Shown here in pieces: positions 20,609 through 29,659 of a stretch of DNA of 64,000 nt. Below the pieces are notes generated by a model. It was not told the DNA's origin. It searched no databases and saw only the letters and a list, made by a program, of their open reading frames with translations. Source of the DNA: Simkaniaceae bacterium (GTDB lineage Bacteria; Chlamydiota; Chlamydiia; Chlamydiales; JAJFMI01); NCBI GenBank assembly GCA_040880145.1, contig JBBDIZ010000029.1, positions 4,820-68,819 on the forward strand. The letters run 5' to 3'. The stretch's first letter is position 1. Every line of letters starts with the position of its first letter. The position numbers and the translations under genes are program-made.

Positions 20609-22931
20609 AATTTCATCTCTTCAGGATCGTCGTTTTAGCTTCCATTTAGACAAAGTGGGGGATGTTCCTTTTTCTCAAGCGGTTGACCGCCTCAAAAAGC
20701 AGAGTTTATCCGGCGGAATTTCTTATCTTGGAAAGAAACTCATTTGCGATCTTTTAGCCCCCTACCAAATTGAGCTAAAAGCCTTGATTGAAGGTCAAGA
20801 GATTCTCCTCTTTGCTTTTTTGGTCCGCGGAAAAAGGAAAATGCCCTTTGAAGAGGTTGCGGCTTTTTTCAATGCTCCCACATTTATTGTCATTCATTCT
20901 TCATTTCTATCTCTTGTCGAGACGGATCTCGATTACCGTATTTTGCGAAAGCTTGAAAAAGGTCCGGTTTTTCTCACACCTAAAGAATGGGAGGAGATTC
21001 AGGAAGATTTTGAAGGAGAGATCGTTATTCAGGGGGCTCTAGCAGAAGAAATGCCTTTTCCTTGCCTCTCTCTTGTGGATCGCATGGGTGTTTTTGCAAA
21101 CCTTAATTTTCGCTACAAAGATCAAAAGATGCGAAATGAAGCAGAAGAGGCTTCATTTGAAGCGGACCTTTTAGAAACAGGTTATAGAAAAAAAGAGAGA
21201 GGGAGTTCTCAATATTATTGCCCGGCCGATCAAGTGGCGAAAAGCTTAACATTTCTTTTGGAACTTGGGTGGAGAATTTTTGATGTCAATAAGGCTTCTA
21301 TTCTTCTTCAAAAAGCGATTGATTTAGAAGTGATTGATGATGGTTTTGACCTTCATTTGAAGGGGAAAGTGCGCTTTGAAGATTATGAATATGATTTAAA
21401 AGAGGTCGTGGGCGCTTTTAATCGGCGAGAGACTTTTATCACGCTTAAAGACAATCGGGTGGGTCTTCTCGATTATAGTCATAACCTTCCTCAAGAGCTC
21501 ACTGAAACAAATGATGGGGTCAAGCTAAAAAGAACTCGCCTTGGGGAGTTAATGGACTTAAGTAAAAGATTCTCCCTCGATCTCGATCTTTTTGCGCCTC
21601 TTCAAGAGACTCTTCCGTCTAAGCATTTTCAAGGTCGGCTCTACCCCTTTCAGCAGAGAGGAGTGGATTATTTACACTACCTTTATAAAAACAATTTTGG
21701 AGGGCTTTTAGCTGATGAGATGGGGCTTGGAAAGAGTGTCCAGGTATTGGCATTTTTTTCCAGACTGTTTCAAAACGGTCCCAAACTAATCGTTTGCCCC
21801 ACTTCTCTTATTACGAATTGGAAGAGAGAAGTGGAAAAGTTTTTACCTTCTGAAGAGGTGACGCTTTTTCATGGGAAGGAAAGGCCTTTTGACCTAAATG
21901 AGAAGAGCTTGATTCTAACAACTTTTGCTCTTTTAAGGCAGGAGAGAGGGCTCTTTGAATCGTTAGAATTCGATGTTGTTATTTTCGACGAAGCACAAAA
22001 TTTCAAAAACCCTGAAAGTCAGCTCTTTAAGACGGTTTCCTCTTTGAAGGCTCGTTGCCGGATTTCGCTTACAGGAACCCCAGTTGAAAATCGACCTCTC
22101 GATATTTGGAGTCAGTACCAAGTTCTCATGCCGGGTCTTCTCGGTAAAGCGAAGGATTTTCTGATCAAGCAAGAAAATTTAAGCACGAAGCGGCTCTTAA
22201 GTGATCGAATGGCTCCTTTTTTCCTTAGGCGTACAAAAGAAGAGGTCTTACCGGACCTTCCTGAGAAGATCGAGCAGACGATTTATGTTGAGATGTATGA
22301 TGAGCAAAGAGAGCTTTACGAAGAGATCTTGTCAAATGCTAAATGTGCAGAAAAACCTCTCGAGATTTTTGAAGCGATCCTGCGCCTTCGCCAGGTTTGC
22401 TCGGATCCCCGCCTCCTTGGAGAAAATGTACGAAGCGCAAAGCTCGATCTGATGCTCTCTGATTTAGCTTCAGAGATTGAAGGGGGGCGTAAAGTGATCA
22501 TTTTTAGTCTTTTCACTTCAATGCTCTCTTTGATAAAAAAAGAGATTTCCATTCCCTATCTTTATTTAGATGGAAAAACAAAAAATCGGCAAGGAGTCGT
22601 TGATCAATTTCAGGAAGATGAAAGCATCCCTCTCTTGCTCATGAGTTTAAAGGCAGGGGGTGTGGGGCTTAATTTGACACGCGCAGATACTTTATTTCTA
22701 TTCGATCCCTGGTGGAACGAAGCGATTGAGCAGCAGGCCATTGGTCGATCCCATAGATTAGGGCGCAAAGAGAGTGTTTTAGCCAAACGCTACATTACGG
22801 CCCTCAGCGTCGAGGAGAAGATCATGGCCTTAAAAGAGCACAAAAAGTCCCTCTGCAGCTCTTTACTGGATCTTAACGCTGAGGCCCATAACTTGACAAA
22901 AGAGGATCTCTTAACGCTTCTTAGCCCATAA
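20598..22931 (+). CDS. SNF2-family DNA-dependent ATPase/helicase
   Basis: 777 aa. LADEMGLGKSVQ, DEAQNFKN, LTGTPVENRPLDIWSQ, GGVGLNLTRADTLFLFDPWWNEAIEQQAIGRSHRLG. About 340 aa of N-terminal domain without a recognised motif. Probable TTG start overlapping the trhO stop. Confidence 0.9.
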   Translation: MTAEISSLQDRRFSFHLDKVGDVPFSQAVDRLKKQSLSGGISYLGKKLICDLLAPYQIELKALIEGQEILLFAFLVRGKRKMPFEEVAAFFNAPTFIVIHSSFLSLVETDLDYRILRKLEKGPVFLTPKEWEEIQEDFEGEIVIQGALAEEMPFPCLSLVDRMGVFANLNFRYKDQKMRNEAEEASFEADLLETGYRKKERGSSQYYCPADQVAKSLTFLLELGWRIFDVNKASILLQKAIDLEVIDDGFDLHLKGKVRFEDYEYDLKEVVGAFNRRETFITLKDNRVGLLDYSHNLPQELTETNDGVKLKRTRLGELMDLSKRFSLDLDLFAPLQETLPSKHFQGRLYPFQQRGVDYLHYLYKNNFGGLLADEMGLGKSVQVLAFFSRLFQNGPKLIVCPTSLITNWKREVEKFLPSEEVTLFHGKERPFDLNEKSLILTTFALLRQERGLFESLEFDVVIFDEAQNFKNPESQLFKTVSSLKARCRISLTGTPVENRPLDIWSQYQVLMPGLLGKAKDFLIKQENLSTKRLLSDRMAPFFLRRTKEEVLPDLPEKIEQTIYVEMYDEQRELYEEILSNAKCAEKPLEIFEAILRLRQVCSDPRLLGENVRSAKLDLMLSDLASEIEGGRKVIIFSLFTSMLSLIKKEISIPYLYLDGKTKNRQGVVDQFQEDESIPLLLMSLKAGGVGLNLTRADTLFLFDPWWNEAIEQQAIGRSHRLGRKESVLAKRYITALSVEEKIMALKEHKKSLCSSLLDLNAEAHNLTKEDLLTLLSP

Positions 22932-23121
22932 AAGGGGGGGGGGAATCGTCTTCAGGTTTCCTTTTATCCAGCATTTCTATTGCAGCTTCTCTTAGGGTCT
23001 TAAGACCCTCTTCAAAGCCAATTTCCTTGAGTAACTGATCTAAATGATTCCTCTCTGCTTGAAGTTGATCGCAGAGAGATTCAAGCTTTGCAATTTTACG
23101 TTCTAAATGATTTGTCGCCAT
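22921..23121 (-). CDS. small coiled-coil protein, unknown function
   Basis: 66 aa from the ATG at 23121, which is preceded by AAGGAGG. Heptad-like LERKIAKLESLCDQLQAERNHLDQLLKEI. The C-terminal SPPP is encoded by the C10 tract. Confidence 0.35.
   Translation of the reverse strand: MATNHLERKIAKLESLCDQLQAERNHLDQLLKEIGFEEGLKTLREAAIEMLDKRKPEDDSPPPFMG
22934..22943. repeat. homopolymer G10 (C10 on the minus strand)
   Basis: Counted directly. Starts 3 nt after the SNF2 stop and lies inside the last 7 codons of the small minus-strand ORF. Confidence 0.95.
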
Positions 23122-23181
23122 AAGACAACCTCCTTTCATTCTATCTAGATGCAAGAAAGGTACCAAAAAGTGAAAAATTGC

Positions 23182-23213
23182 AAAAAAAAAGGCTTCCCTA
23201 TAGAGGGGAAGCC
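23182..23213 (-). terminator. rho-independent terminator downstream of the MORN lipoprotein gene
   Basis: Minus strand: 8-bp stem GGCTTCCC/GGGAAGCC (23191-23198 with 23206-23213), a 7-nt loop, then a U9 run (A9 at 23182-23190 on the plus strand). Begins 18 nt after the stop at 23231. Confidence 0.8.
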
Positions 23214-23230
23214 CTAAAAGACAGAGAAAA

Positions 23231-24238
23231 TTATTGAGCGTGGCGGTAGGCGCGCTCATTCATGATGGCGATGGCGCGGTCGCGGTCTATAAGTTCATCA
23301 AATTTTGATTTTGTAACGCGTTCGTTAGCAAAATACCATTCTTTTTTGGTCATGCCATCTAGGTAAACGATGGAAAGGCCGTGGCGGAGACCGTCTGACC
23401 AATTACACTCTTCTACGAGTTTACTTCCATCGATATAGTAGCGTTCCACCCCATTTTTTCGGCCTTCTTTAAAGGAGAGCTCGAGATATTTTACTCCATT
23501 TTGAAAGTAGGAAGCGGGACCGCTGAGGTAGCCATTTTGGTACGTTTCAATAGAGACAGGCTCGCCTGTTGATCCAAAGACTCGTTTTTCTCCGTGAATG
23601 GTACCGCCGGCAAAGGGTATTGAAGAATGAAGGGTGCCATTTGGATGGAAAGATTCACGAAGAGCAATGTGTCCTTCGTCGATAATTTCTTTGCCCCAGA
23701 GCCAACCATCGCTATCTCGGATGATGCGTTCGCCATATCCTTTTGTAACTCTCGATTCGCTCTCGTTGTGGAGTGTAAAGTAATCACCTTCGATGAGCTC
23801 ATCATCGAGGTATTCTTCAATACAGCGAGGAGGGCCGCTTTTGTACCAGCAGGTTACTTTTACATGGTCAGGCCCAAAGAAAAGCTCCTCTTTTTCGGGA
23901 AGTCCTTTCACATCGTAGTTTACTTTTCGAACAAGAACGCCCCCTTCAAAGATATTGAGAGATTCTAAAGTTTCACTGTGAGGGTAGGTGTAGGTCGTGG
24001 AACCGTGTAAAATACCATCTTCATAAGTAGAAGTGATCGTAACCCCATTTCTCATCGTAGTGATTACCTGACCGGGGTAGTGATTGCCTTGCCACTCTTC
24101 TTGTGATACGTCATATCCATATTTGTGAATGAATCTTTGGGATACAACTTCTTGGCTGCGATCTTGTGCTGAATAATCATGGCAACCTGCTAAGCCCATA
24201 GCTAAAAGAGCCATGAGTTTATACGCTTTTTTCTTCAT
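23231..24238 (-). CDS. MORN-repeat (YwqK-like) lipoprotein
   Basis: Lipobox LAMGLAGC after MKKKAYKLMALLA. Repeated G-x-(H/L)-G...Y...G units, for example DGILHGSTTYTY and DGLRHGLSIVYLDG. Confidence 0.7.
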   Translation of the reverse strand: MKKKAYKLMALLAMGLAGCHDYSAQDRSQEVVSQRFIHKYGYDVSQEEWQGNHYPGQVITTMRNGVTITSTYEDGILHGSTTYTYPHSETLESLNIFEGGVLVRKVNYDVKGLPEKEELFFGPDHVKVTCWYKSGPPRCIEEYLDDELIEGDYFTLHNESESRVTKGYGERIIRDSDGWLWGKEIIDEGHIALRESFHPNGTLHSSIPFAGGTIHGEKRVFGSTGEPVSIETYQNGYLSGPASYFQNGVKYLELSFKEGRKNGVERYYIDGSKLVEECNWSDGLRHGLSIVYLDGMTKKEWYFANERVTKSKFDELIDRDRAIAIMNERAYRHAQ

Positions 24239-24310
24239 AGCGACCTCTATTTTTTTGTTCACTACCATGCCTGTATTTAATCTAATTTTCAACTGAAAAG
24301 TTTCTTGCGG

Positions 24311-24348
24311 CTATACCGAAACGACTTTTTGAAGTCGTTTCGGTATAG
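24311..24348. repeat. repeat family A, complete palindrome (perfect 17-bp stem, 4-nt loop)
   Basis: CTATACCGAAACGACTT-TTTG-AAGTCGTTTCGGTATAG. Begins 12 nt downstream of the pheT stop on the minus strand. Confidence 0.95.
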
Positions 24349-24360
24349 CATTGATTTTTG

Positions 24361-26736
24361 TTAAATTTCAAGTAAAGCAGTGACTTTGCTCTGAAGTTTG
24401 TTTTGCAGTTTTTCAACTGTTTCCGATTTGATTGTTTCATTTTCTTTTCGGTAATAAAAGCGTAAAGTAACGTTTTTTTCATTTTTAGAGAGCTTTTCGC
24501 CTTCATAGATTCCTATGAGCTCATAATTTGTGAGAAGGGGGGATTGGCAAGTTTTAATGGCATCATAAAGGGCGCTAAGAGGCAGCTCTTTTTTGAGGGT
24601 AAGGGTCCAGTCTCGAGACGTTCCGGGATAAAGGGGGAGAGGGGTCATTTGCTTGACGCCGGATTGAAGGCGAAGGAGCTCTTCTAACTCAACTTGGGCA
24701 AAGTAGATGGGAGTTTTGATTTCAGTATGCTTGGGATGGACTTGACCTGCGACTGCGACAAGGGTGTTATGAATATAAACTTCAGCCTGGATGTTAGGGT
24801 GAAAGCTGTCGAGGCGGGAGGGTCGAAAAGAGACCTTTTCCAAGTTCAGTGAAGTAAAAAGATTTTCGAGATGACCTTTTAGATCAAAGAAATCAACTGA
24901 ACAAGAGGGGTCTTGAAAGTGAAAAGGTTTCTTCATTCCGGTTAAGGATAGGGCAAGAACGTGAGGCTCTTCAATTTTACCATCGACTCTGAAATGGATT
25001 CTTCCCACTTCGAATGCAGCGATGTTGGAGGTTTGGTGATCAAAATTCAGCTGAATCGCTTGAAGGTGTCCAGGTAGAAGAGAGGTTCGAAGAATCGATT
25101 GATCGAGGCTGCTGGGGTGAAGAACTCGAAGAAGATGGGTCTCATCGAGATCTTTTTCAATGGCAAGAGAAGCCATCTTAGGGCTAATTAAATCGCATGT
25201 GAGAAATTCAGTAAGGCCGCTTTTAAGAAGTTCCGTTCGGATTTTTCTTTCGAATAAAAATAGAGGAGAGTGGGGGATGGTGGAAAGGTGAACTCTAGGA
25301 GAGCTTTTGGGTATGTGATTATAACCGTAGATCCGTGCGACCTCTTCAATGAGATCGATTTCAGCTGAGATATCATTTCGGAAAGTCGGAACCGTTACGG
25401 AAAGTTCATCATCGAGATGTTTTTTGACGCAAAAGGAAAGCCGCTTCAAGATTTCTGAGGTTTCATTTAAGCTTATGGAAATTCCAAGAAGTTTATTTAA
25501 ACGTTTTAGGCGTAAGTTTAATTTTTTGCCCTTTTGTTTTTTGATTCCCTTTTCAGCGGGCCCTCCTAGGGGTTTTGCTAAGGCGCATTCTATGAGTAAT
25601 TGCGAGGCGCGACTGAGAGCGAATGCACTCATATTAGAGTCGATGCCCTTCTCAAAACGAGCAGAGGACTCGGTTCGCAATTTCAATTTTTTCATGGAGG
25701 CTCGAACTTCTATGGGATGGAATGAGGCGGCCTCAAGAAGAATCGAGGTAGTTTTATCATTGACGGCACTTTTCCCGCCGCCCATGACCCCGGCAACTGC
25801 AATAGGCGTTTCACTTGAGAAAATAAGAAGCGTCTCTTTTGGAATTTCATATTCAATTCCGTCGAGAAGGGTCATATTCAGTTTTTTCGTATTTTTTTGG
25901 ATCTTTATCGACTGATTCTCAAGAGCATTGAGATCAAAAGCATGCATCGGTTGACCCAGTTCCAACATGACGTAATTTGTGATATCGACCACGTTGTTAA
26001 TCGGTCGAATATTGGAAGCTAAAAGTCTTTTTTCAAGCCACTCGGGAGAGGGACCGATCGCGATGTTTTCAAATGCTTGGGCGCGGTAGTAGGGAGAAGC
26101 GATTTCATCTTCAATCTCGATTGAAATGGGAGAGGGGGTCTTTGCGGACAAGGGGTTAACTTCTCGGATATGAAGAGGGAGGTTTAAAAGAGCAGAGAGC
26201 TCGCGCGCGATGCCCAAATAGCTCATGCAGTGGCCGAGATTCGGTGTCAATGAAATATCGAAAAGGGTGTCAGCTAAAACCTCTTTCAGTTCCATTCCGA
26301 TGGGCCTTCCCTCATCAAATTCCATGATCCCATCGACAGAAGAGGGAAGGCCAAGCTCTTCGGCTCCACAGAGCATGCCGAAGGATTCAACGCCGCGAAG
26401 TTTACATTTTTTTATGGTAAAAACTTTATTCTTATCATCTGTTAATTGGCTACCAACTTTAGCGAAAGCGGTTATAAGGCCTTTTCGGCAGTTTGGAGCG
26501 CCGCAGACAACCTGAAAGGTCTCTTTTTGATCACTCACTGTTGCAATGCAGAGTTTTTCGGCTTGGGGGTGTGGTTGCGTTTCGATGACCTTTGCAAAAA
26601 CAACGCCTTCAAAAGAAAAGGGTGTTTTTTCGATTTTGTCCACTTCAAGACCTGCCAAGGTCAACGCGTCAGCAATTTCTTCAGGGGAAAGGGATAAAGG
26701 TAAAAACTCTTTGAGCCAATTGAGAGATACTTTCAT
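24361..26736 (-). CDS. pheT: phenylalanine--tRNA ligase beta subunit
   Basis: 791 aa. MKVSLNWLKEF start, tRNA-binding domain, B3/4, B5 and a FDX-ACB-like C-terminus. Confidence 0.95.
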   Translation of the reverse strand: MKVSLNWLKEFLPLSLSPEEIADALTLAGLEVDKIEKTPFSFEGVVFAKVIETQPHPQAEKLCIATVSDQKETFQVVCGAPNCRKGLITAFAKVGSQLTDDKNKVFTIKKCKLRGVESFGMLCGAEELGLPSSVDGIMEFDEGRPIGMELKEVLADTLFDISLTPNLGHCMSYLGIARELSALLNLPLHIREVNPLSAKTPSPISIEIEDEIASPYYRAQAFENIAIGPSPEWLEKRLLASNIRPINNVVDITNYVMLELGQPMHAFDLNALENQSIKIQKNTKKLNMTLLDGIEYEIPKETLLIFSSETPIAVAGVMGGGKSAVNDKTTSILLEAASFHPIEVRASMKKLKLRTESSARFEKGIDSNMSAFALSRASQLLIECALAKPLGGPAEKGIKKQKGKKLNLRLKRLNKLLGISISLNETSEILKRLSFCVKKHLDDELSVTVPTFRNDISAEIDLIEEVARIYGYNHIPKSSPRVHLSTIPHSPLFLFERKIRTELLKSGLTEFLTCDLISPKMASLAIEKDLDETHLLRVLHPSSLDQSILRTSLLPGHLQAIQLNFDHQTSNIAAFEVGRIHFRVDGKIEEPHVLALSLTGMKKPFHFQDPSCSVDFFDLKGHLENLFTSLNLEKVSFRPSRLDSFHPNIQAEVYIHNTLVAVAGQVHPKHTEIKTPIYFAQVELEELLRLQSGVKQMTPLPLYPGTSRDWTLTLKKELPLSALYDAIKTCQSPLLTNYELIGIYEGEKLSKNEKNVTLRFYYRKENETIKSETVEKLQNKLQSKVTALLEI

Positions 26737-26841
26737 GTTGATCAGTATAACTCAAGAATGAAATTGAAAACAAGCCTTGGAAATCTTAACAAACTATTAA
26801 TTTGTTTTTTTGTTTTTTTCGCCCTATGATTCTGAAGTATC

Positions 26842-28041
26842 ATGGGTGAAGATTCATATTGGGTAAAAAAAATTCGGAAGCTCACACAAATATTGATTGT
26901 GAGCGGTTCTTTAAATGTTGCCTTTTTGGCTACGTTAATTTATTTTGCTCTTCCTAAAAAAGAAATTTTCATTAAATCGACATCTTATCGCACTCCGCCT
27001 TTGACGACAAGTCATCTTAAAGTGCTGCAAAATTATTTTGAGACAAGTTATGAAAGCCTTTTACAGGAGCTTGAAAATGAAGAGCAGATTTTTGATGGAT
27101 TTTCCTATCGAGATTTAGCCTTAAGCTGTTTGGTGAGTTTTCATGACTTTGATATTGAGCGCGCGCTTCCAGGGTTTCCTCTTCAAAAGCGGGAGATGGC
27201 TTATCTCAACAAATCGGGGGGTGAGCAGGTTGAGCTTACGCTCTTTCCAGGATTAAAAAAAGAGCATTTTGTTGCTATTTCTGACTTTGCTTCAAAAGAG
27301 AGATGGCCTCTTACAACAAAGGGGCTTTTTTTTGAATTGCAGTCTTTAAAACAACCCCCTTCCTCACTTGTCAGCTCGTTTCTATTAACGAAGGAGTTTC
27401 ATGCCATTGAAATTCTCTTTAATCATCTGCCTGCACCTGTTTCGAAAGAGATTCTGCTTTCTCTTTTATTGCAAGGAAGCTGGGATCGTTTGGCCTCCTT
27501 TGTCAAGCGGCACCAAGATCTCGATGCGCTTTCACCTCTTGAAAGACGCGAGTTTTTGCTCGATTACGCTGGGGGCGGCTCTACTTATGCCGCGACACTT
27601 TTAGTGGCAACAGATCGGGATTTTGTCCAACATGAACTCGATGATGAACGGCTTGTTTCAGTGATGTCAAATCTACAAATTCTAACGGAGGAGACAGAGA
27701 GCCTCGTCAAAGAGCTTCTCTATAGTTTGCGCTCAGACAAGGTGCGTACTTTAGCCGGGGTTAAGCTTTACGCCCTTTTAGGGGAGCGCCCTCCTGAGCC
27801 CTACGATCACTTTACAACTTTAAAGCGCTTTTTACCTGAATTTTTCGATGAGATCACCCCCCAAATGGTCAATGATCAGCCCTCTCACTCTTCAAAGCGT
27901 TATCGTATTAAGGAGGGAGACACCCTCTGGCACATTTCTCGAGATTACAAGGTCTCTGTCGATGAAATATTGAAAGCCAATAACCTCAAGTCGGCATACC
28001 TCCTCCCTGTTGGGAAAGAGCTCATAATACCCAATTCTTGA
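26842..28041 (+). CDS. membrane-anchored LysM-domain protein
   Basis: 399 aa. N-terminal TM segment. C-terminal LysM YRIKEGDTLWHISRDYKVSVDEILKANNLKSAYLLPVGKELIIP. The stop codon lies inside a family-A repeat. Confidence 0.75.
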   Translation: MGEDSYWVKKIRKLTQILIVSGSLNVAFLATLIYFALPKKEIFIKSTSYRTPPLTTSHLKVLQNYFETSYESLLQELENEEQIFDGFSYRDLALSCLVSFHDFDIERALPGFPLQKREMAYLNKSGGEQVELTLFPGLKKEHFVAISDFASKERWPLTTKGLFFELQSLKQPPSSLVSSFLLTKEFHAIEILFNHLPAPVSKEILLSLLLQGSWDRLASFVKRHQDLDALSPLERREFLLDYAGGGSTYAATLLVATDRDFVQHELDDERLVSVMSNLQILTEETESLVKELLYSLRSDKVRTLAGVKLYALLGERPPEPYDHFTTLKRFLPEFFDEITPQMVNDQPSHSSKRYRIKEGDTLWHISRDYKVSVDEILKANNLKSAYLLPVGKELIIPNS

Positions 28042-28056
28042 AGTTGTTTCGGTATA
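28038..28056 (+). repeat. repeat family A copy, perfect consensus
   Basis: TTGAAGTTGTTTCGGTATA. The upstream flank CCCAATTC is shared with the copy at 13931. Its TGA is the LysM gene stop. Confidence 0.95.
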
Positions 28057-28065
28057 AGTCAATTC

Positions 28066-28458
28066 TTACCAATTAGGAACGATAGAAAAATCAGGGCTTC
28101 TGCATCGCGGACATCGAAAAGTAAAAGCGCCTCCAGGCCATTCATATTTGCAATGATTACAGAGTAATTTAAAAAGTTTATTTTCTTTAATTGGTAGATA
28201 AAATCCATATAGATCAGAAAGTAAATAGGGAAGACGAATTGTATTTCCGTTTTCATTTGCAAGTGAAAATCCAGAGTCATTATCAATGAAATAGCTTTCA
28301 TCGAGGTAGAGTTTTTCGTGGAAATAGTTTATTATGACTTCTGGAGCTTTTTCAGAAATGAGTGCAATGGTTTTTTTTAGCTCAATGTCATCCAGACTAT
28401 TGCCATAAAAGCTTGTTGATAAAAATGTAAAGAATAGGATTACCCCGATTTTGTTCAT
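28066..28458 (-). CDS. secreted small protein with C-terminal zinc-ribbon (CxxC...CxxC)
   Basis: Signal-like MNKIGVILFFTFLSTSFYG. C-terminus CNHCKYEWPGGAFTFRCPRCRSPDF. Start ambiguous (28458 or 28524). Confidence 0.4.
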   Translation of the reverse strand: MNKIGVILFFTFLSTSFYGNSLDDIELKKTIALISEKAPEVIINYFHEKLYLDESYFIDNDSGFSLANENGNTIRLPYLLSDLYGFYLPIKENKLFKLLCNHCKYEWPGGAFTFRCPRCRSPDFSIVPNW

Positions 28459-28459
28459 A

Positions 28460-29359
28460 ATGTCGACCTTTGAAATTAATGGATCATTTAGAAATTGCTT
28501 TCTTATTATTTTTCTTGTTGTCATCGTAATGCAGTGTTCAGGACCGGAACATACGAAACAGTCGAATAATATTTCAAGGATATTAGATCCTATTGATTCA
28601 GATTGGCTTGAGAAGTTTTATCGAGATCTCTTTTTAGATGGACCGATGATCTACACGTTACTGGGATCAAAGCCGATGTCTTGCCATGAAATTATTGACG
28701 CAAACGAGGAAGAGTGGATTCGAGCACATGAAATGTTTTTCGATGCTGTTCCCGAATCAAAGAAAGAGAAAATTAGAAAAGAGTTTTTAGAAGAAATTCA
28801 GAATTATACATTGCATGAGCACTGGATTAAGTGGAAATGCATTCGCTCACGCTTTCCAAATCAGGAGTTTTTATTTAGAGAGATTCTAAGCGAGAGTCCC
28901 CATCTTTATTTTGTTTGTGTTGTCAATACGAAGCTTGTGATTAAAATGCTTCTTCAGCATTACGATCTTTTTCGTAAAGAGCTAGGGTTTGACTTCGACC
29001 CTCTTAGCGCAGCGCTTGAATTTGAAAAAGAGGATTCGATTTTTTGGAAGAAACTCTTTGCCAATCATTTTTTACAGGGGATTCTTTACGGATTTGGGTT
29101 AGAAAACGCTTATTTCTTCTCTCAAGAAAATCAGAGAAAGGGTGAAAAGTCGATCGAATCGGTTTTTAAGCGGCGTTCACTGCCGGTAAACGATGGAATC
29201 ATAGAAATTCCTCGCTTCGCTTCTTACCAAGTGGAAGAGGGGGAAGATCTTGTAATCGCTCGGTATCAAAAAGAACGAACTGAAATTCAAAAAAAGATAA
29301 TCGAGAACAATTGGGTCGAACTTATTTCGGCGCTTCTTTTAGACAAGAGAGCTTCTTAG
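28460..29359 (+). CDS. hypothetical exported protein
   Basis: About 299 aa. N-terminal hydrophobic segment FLIIFLVVIVMQC. No motif recognised. Its start is back-to-back with the divergent ORF. Confidence 0.45.
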   Translation: MSTFEINGSFRNCFLIIFLVVIVMQCSGPEHTKQSNNISRILDPIDSDWLEKFYRDLFLDGPMIYTLLGSKPMSCHEIIDANEEEWIRAHEMFFDAVPESKKEKIRKEFLEEIQNYTLHEHWIKWKCIRSRFPNQEFLFREILSESPHLYFVCVVNTKLVIKMLLQHYDLFRKELGFDFDPLSAALEFEKEDSIFWKKLFANHFLQGILYGFGLENAYFFSQENQRKGEKSIESVFKRRSLPVNDGIIEIPRFASYQVEEGEDLVIARYQKERTEIQKKIIENNWVELISALLLDKRAS

Positions 29360-29565
29360 TCAACCTCGTCAATTCCACCCGGATGCCAGGGGCCGCATTT
29401 GAGAATTCGGATGAGGGCGAGATAGAAACCTTTAAAAAACCCCTTTTTTCGAAAGGCTTCTTCGGAGTAACTCGAGCAGCTCGGGTAAAAACGACAGCGC
29501 TGGCCTAGAAGGGGGCTAATACAAAATTTGTATAGTTTGATTAAGCCGATCATGATCCATTTCAT
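29356..29565 (-). CDS. yidD: membrane protein insertion efficiency factor
   Basis: 69 aa. ISPLLGQRCRFYPSCSSYSEEAF...CGPWHPGGIDEV. Confidence 0.92.
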   Translation of the reverse strand: MKWIMIGLIKLYKFCISPLLGQRCRFYPSCSSYSEEAFRKKGFFKGFYLALIRILKCGPWHPGGIDEVD

Positions 29566-29624
29566 TTTTCTATTTTAACCCTATGACCTCTTTTTTCTTG
29601 ATCATTTTTTTTCTATTTTTATCG

Positions 29625-29643
29625 ATGAAGTTGTTTCGGTATA
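29625..29643 (+). repeat. repeat family A copy (ATGAAGTTGTTTCGGTATA), 1 mismatch
   Basis: Lies between yidD and structured element copy 1. Followed by TAAGTC, as is the copy at 28038. Confidence 0.9.
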
Positions 29644-29659
29644 TAAGTCGAACCTTCTT

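Noticed and set aside
24311-24348. Family-A palindrome read as parS, CIRCE or a LacI-type operator.
   Set aside because: The sequence matches neither TGTTNCACGTGAAACA nor TTAGCACTC-N9-GAGTGCTAA. It is not symmetric about a central CG. The 17-bp arms are far longer than typical operators, and many copies are lone half-sites.
28038-28056. Family-A repeat read as a sigma-70 promoter (TTGAAG ... TATAAG/TATAAT).
   Set aside because: The two hexamer-like parts are only 9 nt apart, against 16-18 required. Most copies point into the 3' end of a convergent gene rather than toward a gene start.
28071-28080. AATTAGGAAC 10-mer next to the family-A copy at 28038. It matches part of the structured element (GAATTAGGAA at 29793 and ATTAGGAACG at 38903).
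   Set aside because: The match is only 10-12 nt with inconsistent relative orientation, and it lies inside the C-terminal codons of an ORF. It may be chance.
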